A DNA stretch of 15,977 nucleotides, taken from positions 1 to 15,977 of the forward strand of contig DAIUEN010000012.1 in the NCBI GenBank assembly GCA_036845085.1. Direction: 5' to 3'. Below, piece by piece: positions 6,512 through 14,002 of this stretch (the first letter of the stretch is position 1; the number at the start of each line of letters is the position of its first letter). Below the pieces are notes generated by a model, which had not been told where the DNA came from, did not search any database, and was given only the letters and a program-made list of their open reading frames with translations. The translations under genes were made by a program, and so were the position numbers. Source of the DNA: Candidatus Nanopusillus sp. (lineage in GTDB: Archaea > Nanobdellota > Nanobdellia > Nanobdellales > Nanobdellaceae).

Positions 6512-6793
6512 ATGAAAATAGTAAAAGAGACAGAAGATACTTTAGAAATACTATTAGAAAATGACAAACCAACAATATTTATGCTTCTAAAAGAAGAATT
6601 ACTAAAAGATGAAAATGTTTTAATTGCTGCTTGGAGAGAAGATCATCCATTGTTAAAAAATATAACATTTTTAATAAAGACAAATGGAAAAGTAAAAGCA
6701 AGGGATGCCTTAGAAAGGGCTATTAGGAAATCTATAGAAAGATTAAATAGATTTGAAGAATCTTATAAAAAAGTTATAGATGGAACTAAATAG
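6512..6793 (+). CDS. rpoL: DNA-directed RNA polymerase subunit L (Rpo11)
   Basis: The 93-aa protein aligns by eye with archaeal RpoL: N-terminal MKIVKETEDTLEILLE, central LLKEELLKDENVLIAAWREDHPLL (HPL motif), then IKTNGKVKARDALERAI. Confidence 0.75.
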   Translation: MKIVKETEDTLEILLENDKPTIFMLLKEELLKDENVLIAAWREDHPLLKNITFLIKTNGKVKARDALERAIRKSIERLNRFEESYKKVIDGTK

Positions 6794-8570
6794 GGTTGTA
6801 GTTGATACTTCTGTTTTAATATCTGAATATTTATCGAAAAATATCGATAAAATAAAAGTAAAGGAAATAATAATTCCTTTGGCAGTGATAGATGAATTGC
6901 AAGCACAAGCTAATAAAGGGTATGAAAAAGGTTTAGTTGGTTTAAGAGAAATACAAAAATTAAGAGAATTATCTAGTGTATATGGTTATAAGCTGACTAT
7001 TATTGGAAAAAAACCCACCTTGGAAGAGATAAAACTTGCAAAATCTGGTGCTATAGATCTTCACATAATTAGATTAGCTAGTAAAATAAATGCTTCAGTA
7101 ATTACACAAGATAGAATATTTTATGAAACTGCTAAAAGCCTTGGTTTGGAAGCTTATCTAATTGAAGAAAAAGAAAAATATAGTAAACTATCTTTTGAAT
7201 ACTTATTTACAGAGGATACGATGTCAGTTCATATAATTGAAAATATAAAAGTTAGGAGAAAGAGAGGAAGACCTGGTAATTGGTATTTAGAAGAAGTAGA
7301 TGTAATATATAGAAGAGAAGAAATTGAAAAACTTATTGAAGAAATATTGTATTATGCTTCTAATTTTGAAGATTCTTTCATAGAAAAAGAAAGAAGATAT
7401 AGTATAATTGCCCAAATCGGTTTATATAGAATTGTTATAATAAAACCTCCATTATCTGATAGCTATGAAATAACAATAGTTAAACCAGTTAAAATATTAA
7501 AGCTAGAAGATTATAACCTACCAGAAAAATTAATGAATAGGTTAAAAGATAAAGCAGAAGGTATTATAATAGCAGGAAAACCAGGTTCTGGAAAAACAAC
7601 ATTTGCCCAAGCATTAGCAGAATTTTATAATTCTTTAAATAGAATTGTTAAAACTATAGAATCTCCGAGAGATCTTTTATTATCTAAAAATATTATACAA
7701 TTATCGAAAAATATTGCAAAAGATGGGGAATTGAGTGATCTGTTTTTATTATCTAGACCAGATTATGTTATATTTGATGAAATGAGAACTACTGAAGATT
7801 TTAAAATATATGCTGATTTGAGATTAACTGGTATTGGTATGGTTGGTGTTATACATGCAGAGAGACCAATTGATGTTATACACAGACTAATATATAGAAT
7901 AGATCTTGGTATGATTCCTCAGATTGTTGATACTATTTTATTTATAGAAAATGGTAATGTAAAAAAAGTATATGTTTTGGAATTAAAAGTTAAAGTTCCT
8001 CATGGATTAAAGGAAGAAGATTTAGCAAGACCTGTAGTAGAAGTTAGAGATTTTTATACAAATGAAATAGAATATGAAATATATACTTTTGGAGAAGAAA
8101 TAATGGTAGTTCCTATAAAGAAATTTAAAAAGAAGACAGGTGTCTATAAATTATTGGAAGATATTCTATCACAAAATTTCAGATATAAGTACAGTGATAT
8201 ATATATAAATGTAGAAGAAAACGAAATTTATATTTATATACCATCCGATATTAAAAAGAAATTTATCAGAGGAGAAAAAGGATATCTGAGAAGCCTTATG
8301 GATAAATACAATATAAAAATCCACGTCAAATCTTTGGAACAAATTCAAGATAACTTACCATATGAACTGAATTTTTCTAAAAATGAAATAATAATAAAAG
8401 TAAATAAATATTTTAAAAATAAAGAAGTTAAAATATTTTTAGATAATGAATTTTTAGGAAACTTCAAAGTAAATAAAAATGGAAAGATAATGATAGATAG
8501 AGAATCTGATATTGGGAAAAAGATAGAATCATCTATAGAACTCGGTAAAGATCTGAAAATAGTCTTATAG
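6780..8570 (+). CDS. PIN-domain ATPase with C-terminal KH domain (COG1855, PINA-like)
   Basis: N-terminal PIN signature is VVVDTSVLISEY ... VIDELQ ... ITQD. Walker A is AGKPGSGKTT and Walker B is YVIFDEMR. A KH-like segment IRGEKGYLRSLMDKYNIKIHV is present. Overlaps the rpoL 3' end by 14 nt. Confidence 0.85.
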   Translation: MELNRVVVDTSVLISEYLSKNIDKIKVKEIIIPLAVIDELQAQANKGYEKGLVGLREIQKLRELSSVYGYKLTIIGKKPTLEEIKLAKSGAIDLHIIRLASKINASVITQDRIFYETAKSLGLEAYLIEEKEKYSKLSFEYLFTEDTMSVHIIENIKVRRKRGRPGNWYLEEVDVIYRREEIEKLIEEILYYASNFEDSFIEKERRYSIIAQIGLYRIVIIKPPLSDSYEITIVKPVKILKLEDYNLPEKLMNRLKDKAEGIIIAGKPGSGKTTFAQALAEFYNSLNRIVKTIESPRDLLLSKNIIQLSKNIAKDGELSDLFLLSRPDYVIFDEMRTTEDFKIYADLRLTGIGMVGVIHAERPIDVIHRLIYRIDLGMIPQIVDTILFIENGNVKKVYVLELKVKVPHGLKEEDLARPVVEVRDFYTNEIEYEIYTFGEEIMVVPIKKFKKKTGVYKLLEDILSQNFRYKYSDIYINVEENEIYIYIPSDIKKKFIRGEKGYLRSLMDKYNIKIHVKSLEQIQDNLPYELNFSKNEIIIKVNKYFKNKEVKIFLDNEFLGNFKVNKNGKIMIDRESDIGKKIESSIELGKDLKIVL

Positions 8571-8574
8571 TAAT

Positions 8575-10341
8575 ATGAAAAGAATAGCTGTAATAGATAG
8601 AGATAAATGCAAAGCTCCTGATAAATGTGACTATATTTGTATGAAAGTTTGTCCAATTCAAAAAAATAATATAGAAATATTCAAAATATTAGAAGATAAA
8701 AAGCCGGCTATAGATGAAAACTACTGTATAGGTTGCGGTTTATGTGTAAAAAAATGTCCTTTCAGTGCTATAATTATTATAAATCTTACAAAAGAGCCAG
8801 AAGACCATCCCATATTCCAATATGGTCCAAATACTTTTAGATTATATAGATTACCCATAATAAAAGAAGGATATATAATTGGAATTGTTGGTAGAAATGG
8901 TGTAGGAAAAACAACTGCAATAAATATATTAACAAATCTTCTTAAGCCAAATTTCGGAGATTATAATAAGAAATGGGAAGAAAAAGAAATAATAAAGATG
9001 TTTAGAGGTTCGGAATTACAGAAATATTTTGAAAAATTATATCAAAATTCTATTAGGATATCTTATAAGGTTCAAAATATAATGTTTATTAAAAAAGCTT
9101 TTTCTAATATAACTGTAAGAGATTTTTTGTCTAAAGTATTAAATAAAGAAAAATTAGTAGAAGTTTCTAAAAAGTTTTATATAGAGAATATATTAGATAG
9201 AAAAATTGATGAATTATCTGGAGGAGAATTGCAAAAGATTATCTTTATATATTCAGCTTACAAAGATCACGATGTATTTTTTGTAGATGAAGTTACTAAT
9301 TATTTAGATATTTATGAAAGATTAAGAATTTCTCAATTTTTGCTAGAATTAAAAGAAAAAAAAGATACTGTAATTGTTATAGATCATGATTTATTATTCT
9401 TGGATTCGGTCTCTGATTTAGTTCATATAGTTTATGGTGTTCCTAAGGCATATGGTGTTTTTTCATATCCGATAGGGGTAAAAGATGGAATAAATCAATA
9501 TTTAGACGGATTTATAAAAAGAGAAAATTTAAAGATAAGAGATAAACCAATTAAATTAAATATAAAGCCATATACAGAGTATATATCTGGAAGGGAAATA
9601 TTATCTTGGGAAAACATTAAAGTTAAATTAGGATCTTTTGAATTATATGCAGAAAAAGGTAATATTAGGGAAAATGAGATTATAGGAATAGTAGGGAGAA
9701 ATGGTATTGGTAAAACTACATTCTTTAAGGTCCTATCTGGAGAAATAAAGTATGATGGTAAATTAAATAAAAATGTTAGTATATCGTATAAACCACAATA
9801 TTTTGATTTTTCAGAATATAATATTAAAGTTAGCGAATTTTTATCGAAATTTAATGATAATTATAAATCTCAATACAATGAATATATAGTAGATTTAGGT
9901 ATTGCTGATTTATTGGATCACGAATTAGCTACTTTATCTGGAGGGGAAGCACAAACTGTTTATACTTTTGCAGTATTGATAAAAGATGCAGATCTTTATT
10001 TACTAGACGAACCATTTGCATCGTTAGATATAGAACAAAGATTAAAAGTCTCCAAGTTTATAAGAGATATAATAAAAACCAAGGGGAAATCTTGTTTTAT
10101 AATAGATCATGACCTTGTATTTTTAGATTGGGTTTCTGATAAAGTTATGACTTTTTTGGGAGAACCTGGTAAATATGGAAAAGTTTATGGTCCTATGGGT
10201 ATAAAAGAAGGAATAAATTTACTACTAAAGGAAGTTGGTATTACAATAAGAAGAGATGAAGAGACAAATAGACCTAAGATAAACAAAGAAAATAGCCGCT
10301 TAGATATAATACAAAAAGAAAGAGGAGAATATTATAGTTAG
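8575..10341 (+). CDS. abce1: ABCE1 / RNase L inhibitor homolog (ribosome-recycling ABC ATPase with N-terminal 2x[4Fe-4S] domain)
   Basis: Eight cysteines in ferredoxin-like spacing (CKAPDKCDYICMKVCP and CIGCGLCVKKCP). Two nucleotide-binding domains are present: GRNGVGKTT / LSGGELQK / FFVDE / IDHDL, and GRNGIGKTT / LSGGEAQT / LLDEP / IDHDL. Confidence 0.95.
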   Translation: MKRIAVIDRDKCKAPDKCDYICMKVCPIQKNNIEIFKILEDKKPAIDENYCIGCGLCVKKCPFSAIIIINLTKEPEDHPIFQYGPNTFRLYRLPIIKEGYIIGIVGRNGVGKTTAINILTNLLKPNFGDYNKKWEEKEIIKMFRGSELQKYFEKLYQNSIRISYKVQNIMFIKKAFSNITVRDFLSKVLNKEKLVEVSKKFYIENILDRKIDELSGGELQKIIFIYSAYKDHDVFFVDEVTNYLDIYERLRISQFLLELKEKKDTVIVIDHDLLFLDSVSDLVHIVYGVPKAYGVFSYPIGVKDGINQYLDGFIKRENLKIRDKPIKLNIKPYTEYISGREILSWENIKVKLGSFELYAEKGNIRENEIIGIVGRNGIGKTTFFKVLSGEIKYDGKLNKNVSISYKPQYFDFSEYNIKVSEFLSKFNDNYKSQYNEYIVDLGIADLLDHELATLSGGEAQTVYTFAVLIKDADLYLLDEPFASLDIEQRLKVSKFIRDIIKTKGKSCFIIDHDLVFLDWVSDKVMTFLGEPGKYGKVYGPMGIKEGINLLLKEVGITIRRDEETNRPKINKENSRLDIIQKERGEYYS

Positions 10342-10493
10342 CCAGATATAAATCTAAATACCGTTGTTCCGCAAGTTGGACATACTCCTTTTACAGCTTT
10401 TCTGCCATTCTTTGTAGTTACTATTTGTGGATTCTTTATTTCTACTGTCTTTTTACACTTAACGCAGAAGCCACTATATTTTTGATCAGCCAT
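10338..10493 (-). CDS. Small zinc-ribbon protein (51 aa, CxxC...CxxC; resembles the DUF5679-type family)
   Basis: Not in the supplied track; hand-translated from the reverse strand as MADQKYSGFCVKCKKTVEIKNPQIVTTKNGRKAVKGVCPTCGTTVFRFISG*. GC content is visibly higher than in the flanks. A TATA-like ATATATAAATAT lies upstream at about 10512-10523. The stop overlaps the ABCE1 stop by 4 nt in convergent orientation. Confidence 0.7.
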   Translation of the reverse strand: MADQKYSGFCVKCKKTVEIKNPQIVTTKNGRKAVKGVCPTCGTTVFRFISG

Positions 10494-10560
10494 GAATGAT
10501 TATTTAATAATATATTTATATATCTTTTTGGAAAAATATGTTATAGAAATAAAATCTTCT

Positions 10561-11571
10561 TTATAATTTATCAATTAAATCATCATTGATCTCCATAATT
10601 AGGTTATTTTCTTTCTTGTATATTTTTATATTTAGTCCTAAATCTTTAATATGACTATTTATTTGATCTATATCATAATTATTGAAAACCCATGAATATT
10701 TTACTAAAAAATTTGCTATTTTTTCTAAATTATTGATTTCTTTATCTATATCTTCCAAAACTCTTTTCTGTTCTTCTATTATTTTTTCTATCTTTTTTTT
10801 CTTTTCTTCTAATTCTCTAATCTTTTTATCTTGGAAATTTTTATTAAATAGATAGATAAAATACTTATTTACATCATTTATAACATTATAGTTTTCATCT
10901 ATTACTATTAACTCATCTAAAATCTTTTTATATAGTTCATATATTTTCTTTATTCCTTCTTCAGATAATTCATTTGGTTTTTTATTTTTTTCTATTCCTA
11001 AAGTACTTAAAATATATTCAGAATACTGTCCACCCAATCCCAATTCTATTGCCAGAAGTCTTACTACATCTTTTTTTTCTGTATTCTTAAATAATTGGTA
11101 AAAATCTTCGAAGTTTGATATCTTAACTACTTTTTTTGGTGGTTTTTTATATTGTAATCCTTTACTTATTTTTCTCACTCCAAAATCTTTATATTGATTC
11201 GCATATAATATATTATCATTAAGATCTGTAACTACAACAACACCGTTTGGAAATAATTCGAAATATATTTTAGCATCTTTCGATTCAACTATTATAATTT
11301 TATCATCTTCATCTAATTTTATCTTAATTTTCTTATTTTCAAAATCTTTTCGCAATCTTAATATGAATTTATCAGTCTCATCCCTTTCTTTCTTGTCATC
11401 TAAAAAAATAATTTTTCCAGGTATTATATAAAGAAATCTTTTATCTAAACCAGGTTTAAATAATTCAAATAGCACTCCATCATAAAAGCTATATATATTC
11501 TTTATTATGGAATCATCTATTTTATCTTTATATTCAATATACCATCTTTTAAGCTGTATGTAATTTATCAC
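10561..11571 (-). CDS. NFACT-N family protein (FbpA/Tae2/RqcH-like N-terminal half: NFACT-N, HhH and coiled coil), lacking the NFACT-R/DUF814 half
   Basis: FILRLRKDFENKKIKIKLDEDDKIIIVESKDAKIYFELFPNGVVVVTDLNDNILYANQYKDFGVRKISKGLQYKKPP matches the NFACT-N pattern (F..LRK.l, ELf..GN.vl.D, Y..PP). It is followed by the HhH-like LAIELGLGGQYSEYILSTLGI and a K/E-rich coiled coil. The start codon is GTG at 11571; there is no nearby in-frame ATG. Confidence 0.75.
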   Translation of the reverse strand: MINYIQLKRWYIEYKDKIDDSIIKNIYSFYDGVLFELFKPGLDKRFLYIIPGKIIFLDDKKERDETDKFILRLRKDFENKKIKIKLDEDDKIIIVESKDAKIYFELFPNGVVVVTDLNDNILYANQYKDFGVRKISKGLQYKKPPKKVVKISNFEDFYQLFKNTEKKDVVRLLAIELGLGGQYSEYILSTLGIEKNKKPNELSEEGIKKIYELYKKILDELIVIDENYNVINDVNKYFIYLFNKNFQDKKIRELEEKKKKIEKIIEEQKRVLEDIDKEINNLEKIANFLVKYSWVFNNYDIDQINSHIKDLGLNIKIYKKENNLIMEINDDLIDKL

Positions 11572-11608
11572 AAATTATATTAAATTTTTAAAGATATAAA
11601 ATATTATT

Positions 11609-11692
11609 GCGGCGGTGCCCGAGTGGTTAAAGGGGTCGGGCTCAAGACCCGATGGAGCAGATCCGTCAGGGGTTCGAATCCCCTCCGCCGCA
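11609..11692 (+). tRNA. tRNA-Leu (anticodon CAA), class II
   Basis: Acceptor stem is GCGGCGG (11609-11615) with CCGCCGC (11685-11691); discriminator A11692. Anticodon stem is TCGGG/CCCGA with loop CTCAAGA. It has a long variable arm. T arm is AGGGG-TTCGAAT-CCCCT. Confidence 0.9.
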
Positions 11693-11714
11693 AATAATTT
11701 CAAGTAAGTAAAAA

Positions 11715-12215
11715 CTATCCCAAAATCGTATAAGAGTTGCTAGAAATTTTATTATTTATTTCTATATAAACATTAGAACCAATTAAACTTATGTTTTCAA
11801 TATATATTAAAAACTTTGCGAAATCAGACGGATTTATGGAATTTAAGTACGTATTAGATGATATATTATATACAGAATATACTATACAATTAGCTCCAAC
11901 ACTTTTTGTTATTGTAGGTGCGTTACTTAAGGTTGTATTGTAATATGGACAACTATATGTTTTGCCATCGGTGGTTTGTATTAAAACTCTTAATTGATTA
12001 AAATTAGATAATGCGTATTGGCCCACATTTTGTACTGTAAGATTTAATGAGTTAGAGTTTTTATCATATGTATGACCTATAATTGAAAATTCTACTCCAA
12101 CAACATTTACCTGAGTCTGGACGTAACTTCTAGCAAAAGATACAATAACGGCACCTATACCTATTGTTACGGCAATAAGTATAATTGTTGCTATGAGAGG
12201 TGAAACACCTTTCAT
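11715..12215 (-). CDS. Archaeal type IV pilin-like protein with class III signal peptide (DUF1628-type N-terminus)
   Basis: The N-terminus MKG|VSPLIATIILIAVTIGIGAVIV is the typical prepilin-peptidase site (K/R-G then VSP) followed by a hydrophobic helix. The C-terminal domain has 4 N-x-S/T sequons and 2 Cys. Confidence 0.8.
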   Translation of the reverse strand: MKGVSPLIATIILIAVTIGIGAVIVSFARSYVQTQVNVVGVEFSIIGHTYDKNSNSLNLTVQNVGQYALSNFNQLRVLIQTTDGKTYSCPYYNTTLSNAPTITKSVGANCIVYSVYNISSNTYLNSINPSDFAKFLIYIENISLIGSNVYIEINNKISSNSYTILG

Positions 12216-12248
12216 AAATTACTATATAAATTTAATATTATATAAACT

Positions 12249-13964
12249 TTATTTCTTCTTTCCTATGATTATAAACTTGTCAAATATAAAATATTTTTTT
12301 CTGATCAATACATTTTCTATTCCATATTCTTTTAATAATTTTGAGATTTTTTTTATTTTTTCATTAAAATTATGTTTTTCGAGAAAATCTACATAAGTAA
12401 TAAATAAAATATACCCATTATCTTTTATAGATCTCCTTATAGATTTTACAAAACTTTCTATATCTATTATGTATTTTAAAGTCTCATAAATTATTATTAA
12501 ATCAAAATATTTAGAAAATCTTTTTGGTATTTCATCTTTTTCCCATAGAAATACTCGATAATTTTTTATATTTTTTGATTTTTCATAAATTTTTTTTGCT
12601 AATTTTTTCGACATCTCAGAAGCATATACTTCTATATTATATTTTTTTGATAAATATATAGAAATTCCTCCATCAAAAGCTCCATAGTCTAGTATTCTAT
12701 ATCTATCTTTTACAAAACTTTCAATATATTTTTTATCTTTTATTGTTATGAAAAATCTAAATATCTTTATTAAATAGTAGAATGTAGATAAATAGAATTT
12801 TATATATTCTTTTTTATTTTTCCACTCTATTTTCATAGAAAGAAATAGCAATATGAATAATATTAAAATAGTAGAAACGCTTATAGGATTCTTCAAAAGC
12901 AGATATAATAGTATGTATAACAAGAATACTAAGGAAGTTTCTGCTAGAAAAATGTTTATTATCTTCTTTTTGCTAAAGTATTTGTCATATATTTCTAATT
13001 TTATAAAAGAAATTAAAAAAAGTATATAAAATAATAATGTCAAAAAAGTATATTCTAATAGTTTACTCGATATGTTCGACAAATATATTGTAGAAATTAT
13101 TATTATAGATACTAGCAAAGAAAATTTTCTGTCGAGAAATATTTTTGGCAATATTCTTTCTTTTGATAAGCTTTCTATAAGATTTATGATTATGTAAATC
13201 CATATATAGAAAATAAGGTTAGAAAATATGGTAAATGCAACAATTAGGTAATTTTCTATTAAAAAGGATAAAGAACTTTTGGAAATACTATTTATAGAAT
13301 ATAAAAATATTAGAGAAAGAAAATAAATAGTCGGAGTTCCAATAATATATGCCTTCTCAATGTCTTTAGAATTTTTTATATTACTTATGAATGTAAGAGC
13401 TTCTATACCAGAAAAAATAGATGTGAAGAACACTGCAGAAAATATAAGAGGATCTATATTAATTTCTAGTGTGTGTTTATGATCTGTTGATAAAATAGAA
13501 ATAAAAAATATTGATATTATCAAAAAAATCATTAATAAGGAAATTGAATAAGTATATTTACTTTCTATTTTTACTTCTTTTAAAATCAAAAGTGAAAAAA
13601 TTAAAATAAATATAAAGAAGAAAATCTTACCATATATTTTGTTATTTACAATACTTTCTATTAAATAAAAGTTTAAAGAAACGTATGTTAAAGATAAGAA
13701 AATATATATAATAGAAGAGATAATAAACATTGTTCTAGATAAATGATTGTAGTAAAACAATATACCAAAAGAGCTGACTTCTTTTTTGATAGCTTCTTTT
13801 AATAAATACGAGAATATAAAAAAGGAGATAAATATTATAAAACTATATATTGTTGATATAAAAATTTCTGTATTTTTATTTAATGTAAAAAGTGTAAGAT
13901 GAGGAATAGCAGGTCCAATTGTTGAAGATATTAGTATTAATATATAAAGGGTGTATTTATTCAT
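12249..13964 (-). CDS. Fusion protein: APC-superfamily-like polytopic permease domain plus C-terminal class I SAM-dependent methyltransferase domain
   Basis: The first 400 or so residues contain about a dozen hydrophobic segments. They include an APC-like TM1 (SSTIGPAIP) and a TM6-like signature FSGIEALTFISNIKNSKDIEKAYIIGTPTIYFLSLIFLY (compare F.GfE......E.knP.rdiP.A). The C-terminal 150 aa carry methyltransferase motifs ILDYGAFDG (motif I), VYASE (acidic loop), FDLIIIYETLKYI and DNGYILF. I prefer the ATG at 13964; the track's start at 13988 is a TTG. Confidence 0.75.
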   Translation of the reverse strand: MNKYTLYILILISSTIGPAIPHLTLFTLNKNTEIFISTIYSFIIFISFFIFSYLLKEAIKKEVSSFGILFYYNHLSRTMFIISSIIYIFLSLTYVSLNFYLIESIVNNKIYGKIFFFIFILIFSLLILKEVKIESKYTYSISLLMIFLIISIFFISILSTDHKHTLEINIDPLIFSAVFFTSIFSGIEALTFISNIKNSKDIEKAYIIGTPTIYFLSLIFLYSINSISKSSLSFLIENYLIVAFTIFSNLIFYIWIYIIINLIESLSKERILPKIFLDRKFSLLVSIIIISTIYLSNISSKLLEYTFLTLLFYILFLISFIKLEIYDKYFSKKKIINIFLAETSLVFLLYILLYLLLKNPISVSTILILFILLFLSMKIEWKNKKEYIKFYLSTFYYLIKIFRFFITIKDKKYIESFVKDRYRILDYGAFDGGISIYLSKKYNIEVYASEMSKKLAKKIYEKSKNIKNYRVFLWEKDEIPKRFSKYFDLIIIYETLKYIIDIESFVKSIRRSIKDNGYILFITYVDFLEKHNFNEKIKKISKLLKEYGIENVLIRKKYFIFDKFIIIGKKK

Positions 13965-14002
13965 AAAGATAATTAAAGATTGGTTCAATATAAAATATTA
14001 TT

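Noticed and set aside
6364-6567. 67-aa minus-strand ORF spanning the DP1 3' end and the rpoL 5' end
   Set aside because: It is antisense to two well-supported genes and has no recognisable features.
8345-8656. 103-aa minus-strand ORF across the PIN-ATPase / ABCE1 junction
   Set aside because: It is antisense to two confident genes and is low-complexity F/S/L/I/Y-rich sequence.
10494-10560. Possible C/D-box sRNA (GAATGATTA near 10494)
   Set aside because: It does not match the RUGAUGA C box, there is no appropriately spaced CUGA D box, and there are no terminal pairing stems. The region is better explained as the zinc-ribbon gene's promoter.
12193-12396. 67-aa plus-strand ORF between and over the pilin and permease-methyltransferase genes
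   Set aside because: It overlaps the pilin 5' end and the methyltransferase-domain 3' end on the opposite strand. It is a low-complexity shadow ORF.
12705-13964. Membrane domain as a prepilin peptidase or a PilD-like peptidase/N-methyltransferase, considered because a pilin gene is adjacent
   Set aside because: I found no GxGD-type aspartyl-protease motif or paired catalytic Asp in the hydrophobic region. The FSGIE...N.K..KD...A pattern fits an APC-type permease better.
13965-13988. TTG start at 13988 for the permease-methyltransferase gene
   Set aside because: It is not excluded but is less likely. It leaves only 14 nt before the tRNA, forcing the promoter inside the tRNA gene. The first ATG (13964) gives a 38-nt spacer that matches the NFACT / tRNA-Leu(CAA) pair.
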